Below, piece after piece: positions 63,709 through 64,000 of a stretch of 64,000 nucleotides of DNA. The position numbers and the translations under genes are program-made. The stretch covers positions 20,820 to 84,819 of the forward strand of contig JADFRQ010000004.1 in NCBI GenBank assembly GCA_022561215.1, written 5' to 3'. Position 1 is the stretch's first letter, and every line of letters starts with the position of its first letter. The notes beneath the pieces were generated by a model. It was not told the DNA's origin and made no database searches. It saw only the letters and a program-made list of their open reading frames with translations. Origin of the DNA: Chloroflexota bacterium (GTDB lineage Bacteria > Chloroflexota > Anaerolineae > Anaerolineales > E44-bin32).

Positions 63709-64000
63709 TCACGCTTTCGATAAAAGCGTATGCAGGACTTCAAATCGAGGATCAATCATCGTTTGAGGATGATCACATTGGCCCTCGCTTTGCTCTTTCC
63801 CGCAAATTTGACACAAACCCTTACAACCAACGCCGCACGTTGGTCGAATGGGTATCTCCAACAAAAGATATTCGCGCACCAGGTTAGTGAGATCTACTAT
63901 TCCTGATTTAGGTATGCTGAGCAGCGGATCGGTTTCCTTCTGGGGAGGATGTACAAAAAGATCATTTATTTCGATTGTCAATTCCTGGTCGTATTTGGAA
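63709..64000 (-). CDS. YceD/DUF177 family protein, 3' part (5' end beyond the window)
   Basis: The C-terminal CKGLCQICGKEQSEGQC motif is present. The frame stays open upstream of the track's TTG at 63981 through to position 64000. Confidence 0.75.
   Translation of the reverse strand, partial: SKYDQELTIEINDLFVHPPQKETDPLLSIPKSGIVDLTNLVREYLLLEIPIRPTCGVGCKGLCQICGKEQSEGQCDHPQTMIDPRFEVLHTLLSKA

Overview
This 64-kb chromosomal segment has mid-range GC. Its gene content and regulatory RNAs (SAM-I riboswitch, T-box) fit a Chloroflexota, Anaerolineae-like bacterium; that taxonomic guess is inference only. I support about 60 protein-coding genes. No rRNA, tRNA or CRISPR array was recognised.

Most of the window is housekeeping:
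- a methionine block: SAM-I riboswitch-metE, a yitJ-like homocysteine methyltransferase/MTHFR fusion, pterin dehydratase and metG
- a T-box-controlled pheS-pheT operon
- rsmI, kbl, mobA, murJ, xseAB, cinA/pncC and rpoD

The part most worth follow-up is a same-strand array at about 38.7-51.0 kb. It combines a form-II CoxL-type molybdenum hydroxylase (subunits split M/S...L) with amidase, FdrA, DUF1116, cyclase, SRPBCC, NmrA and DUF2877. An IS200/RayT-like element interrupts it. It is flanked by a divergent CoA-transferase/thiolase pair, CoxG, a CoxD-like MoxR ATPase and two permeases. I read this as a candidate uncharacterised N-heterocycle or ureide catabolic system.

Other notable items:
- an ECF sigma factor translationally coupled to an N-terminally extended O6-alkylguanine methyltransferase
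- a promoter, leaderless mini-ORF and attenuator-like leader upstream of metG
- a 47-codon Flp pilin gene missing from the ORF track
- a tandem ~160-bp repeat carrying perfect 28-nt palindromes
- a two-copy MITE
- three in-frame premature stop codons in two otherwise intact genes

All functional calls come from motif and family recognition by eye. No database search was run.
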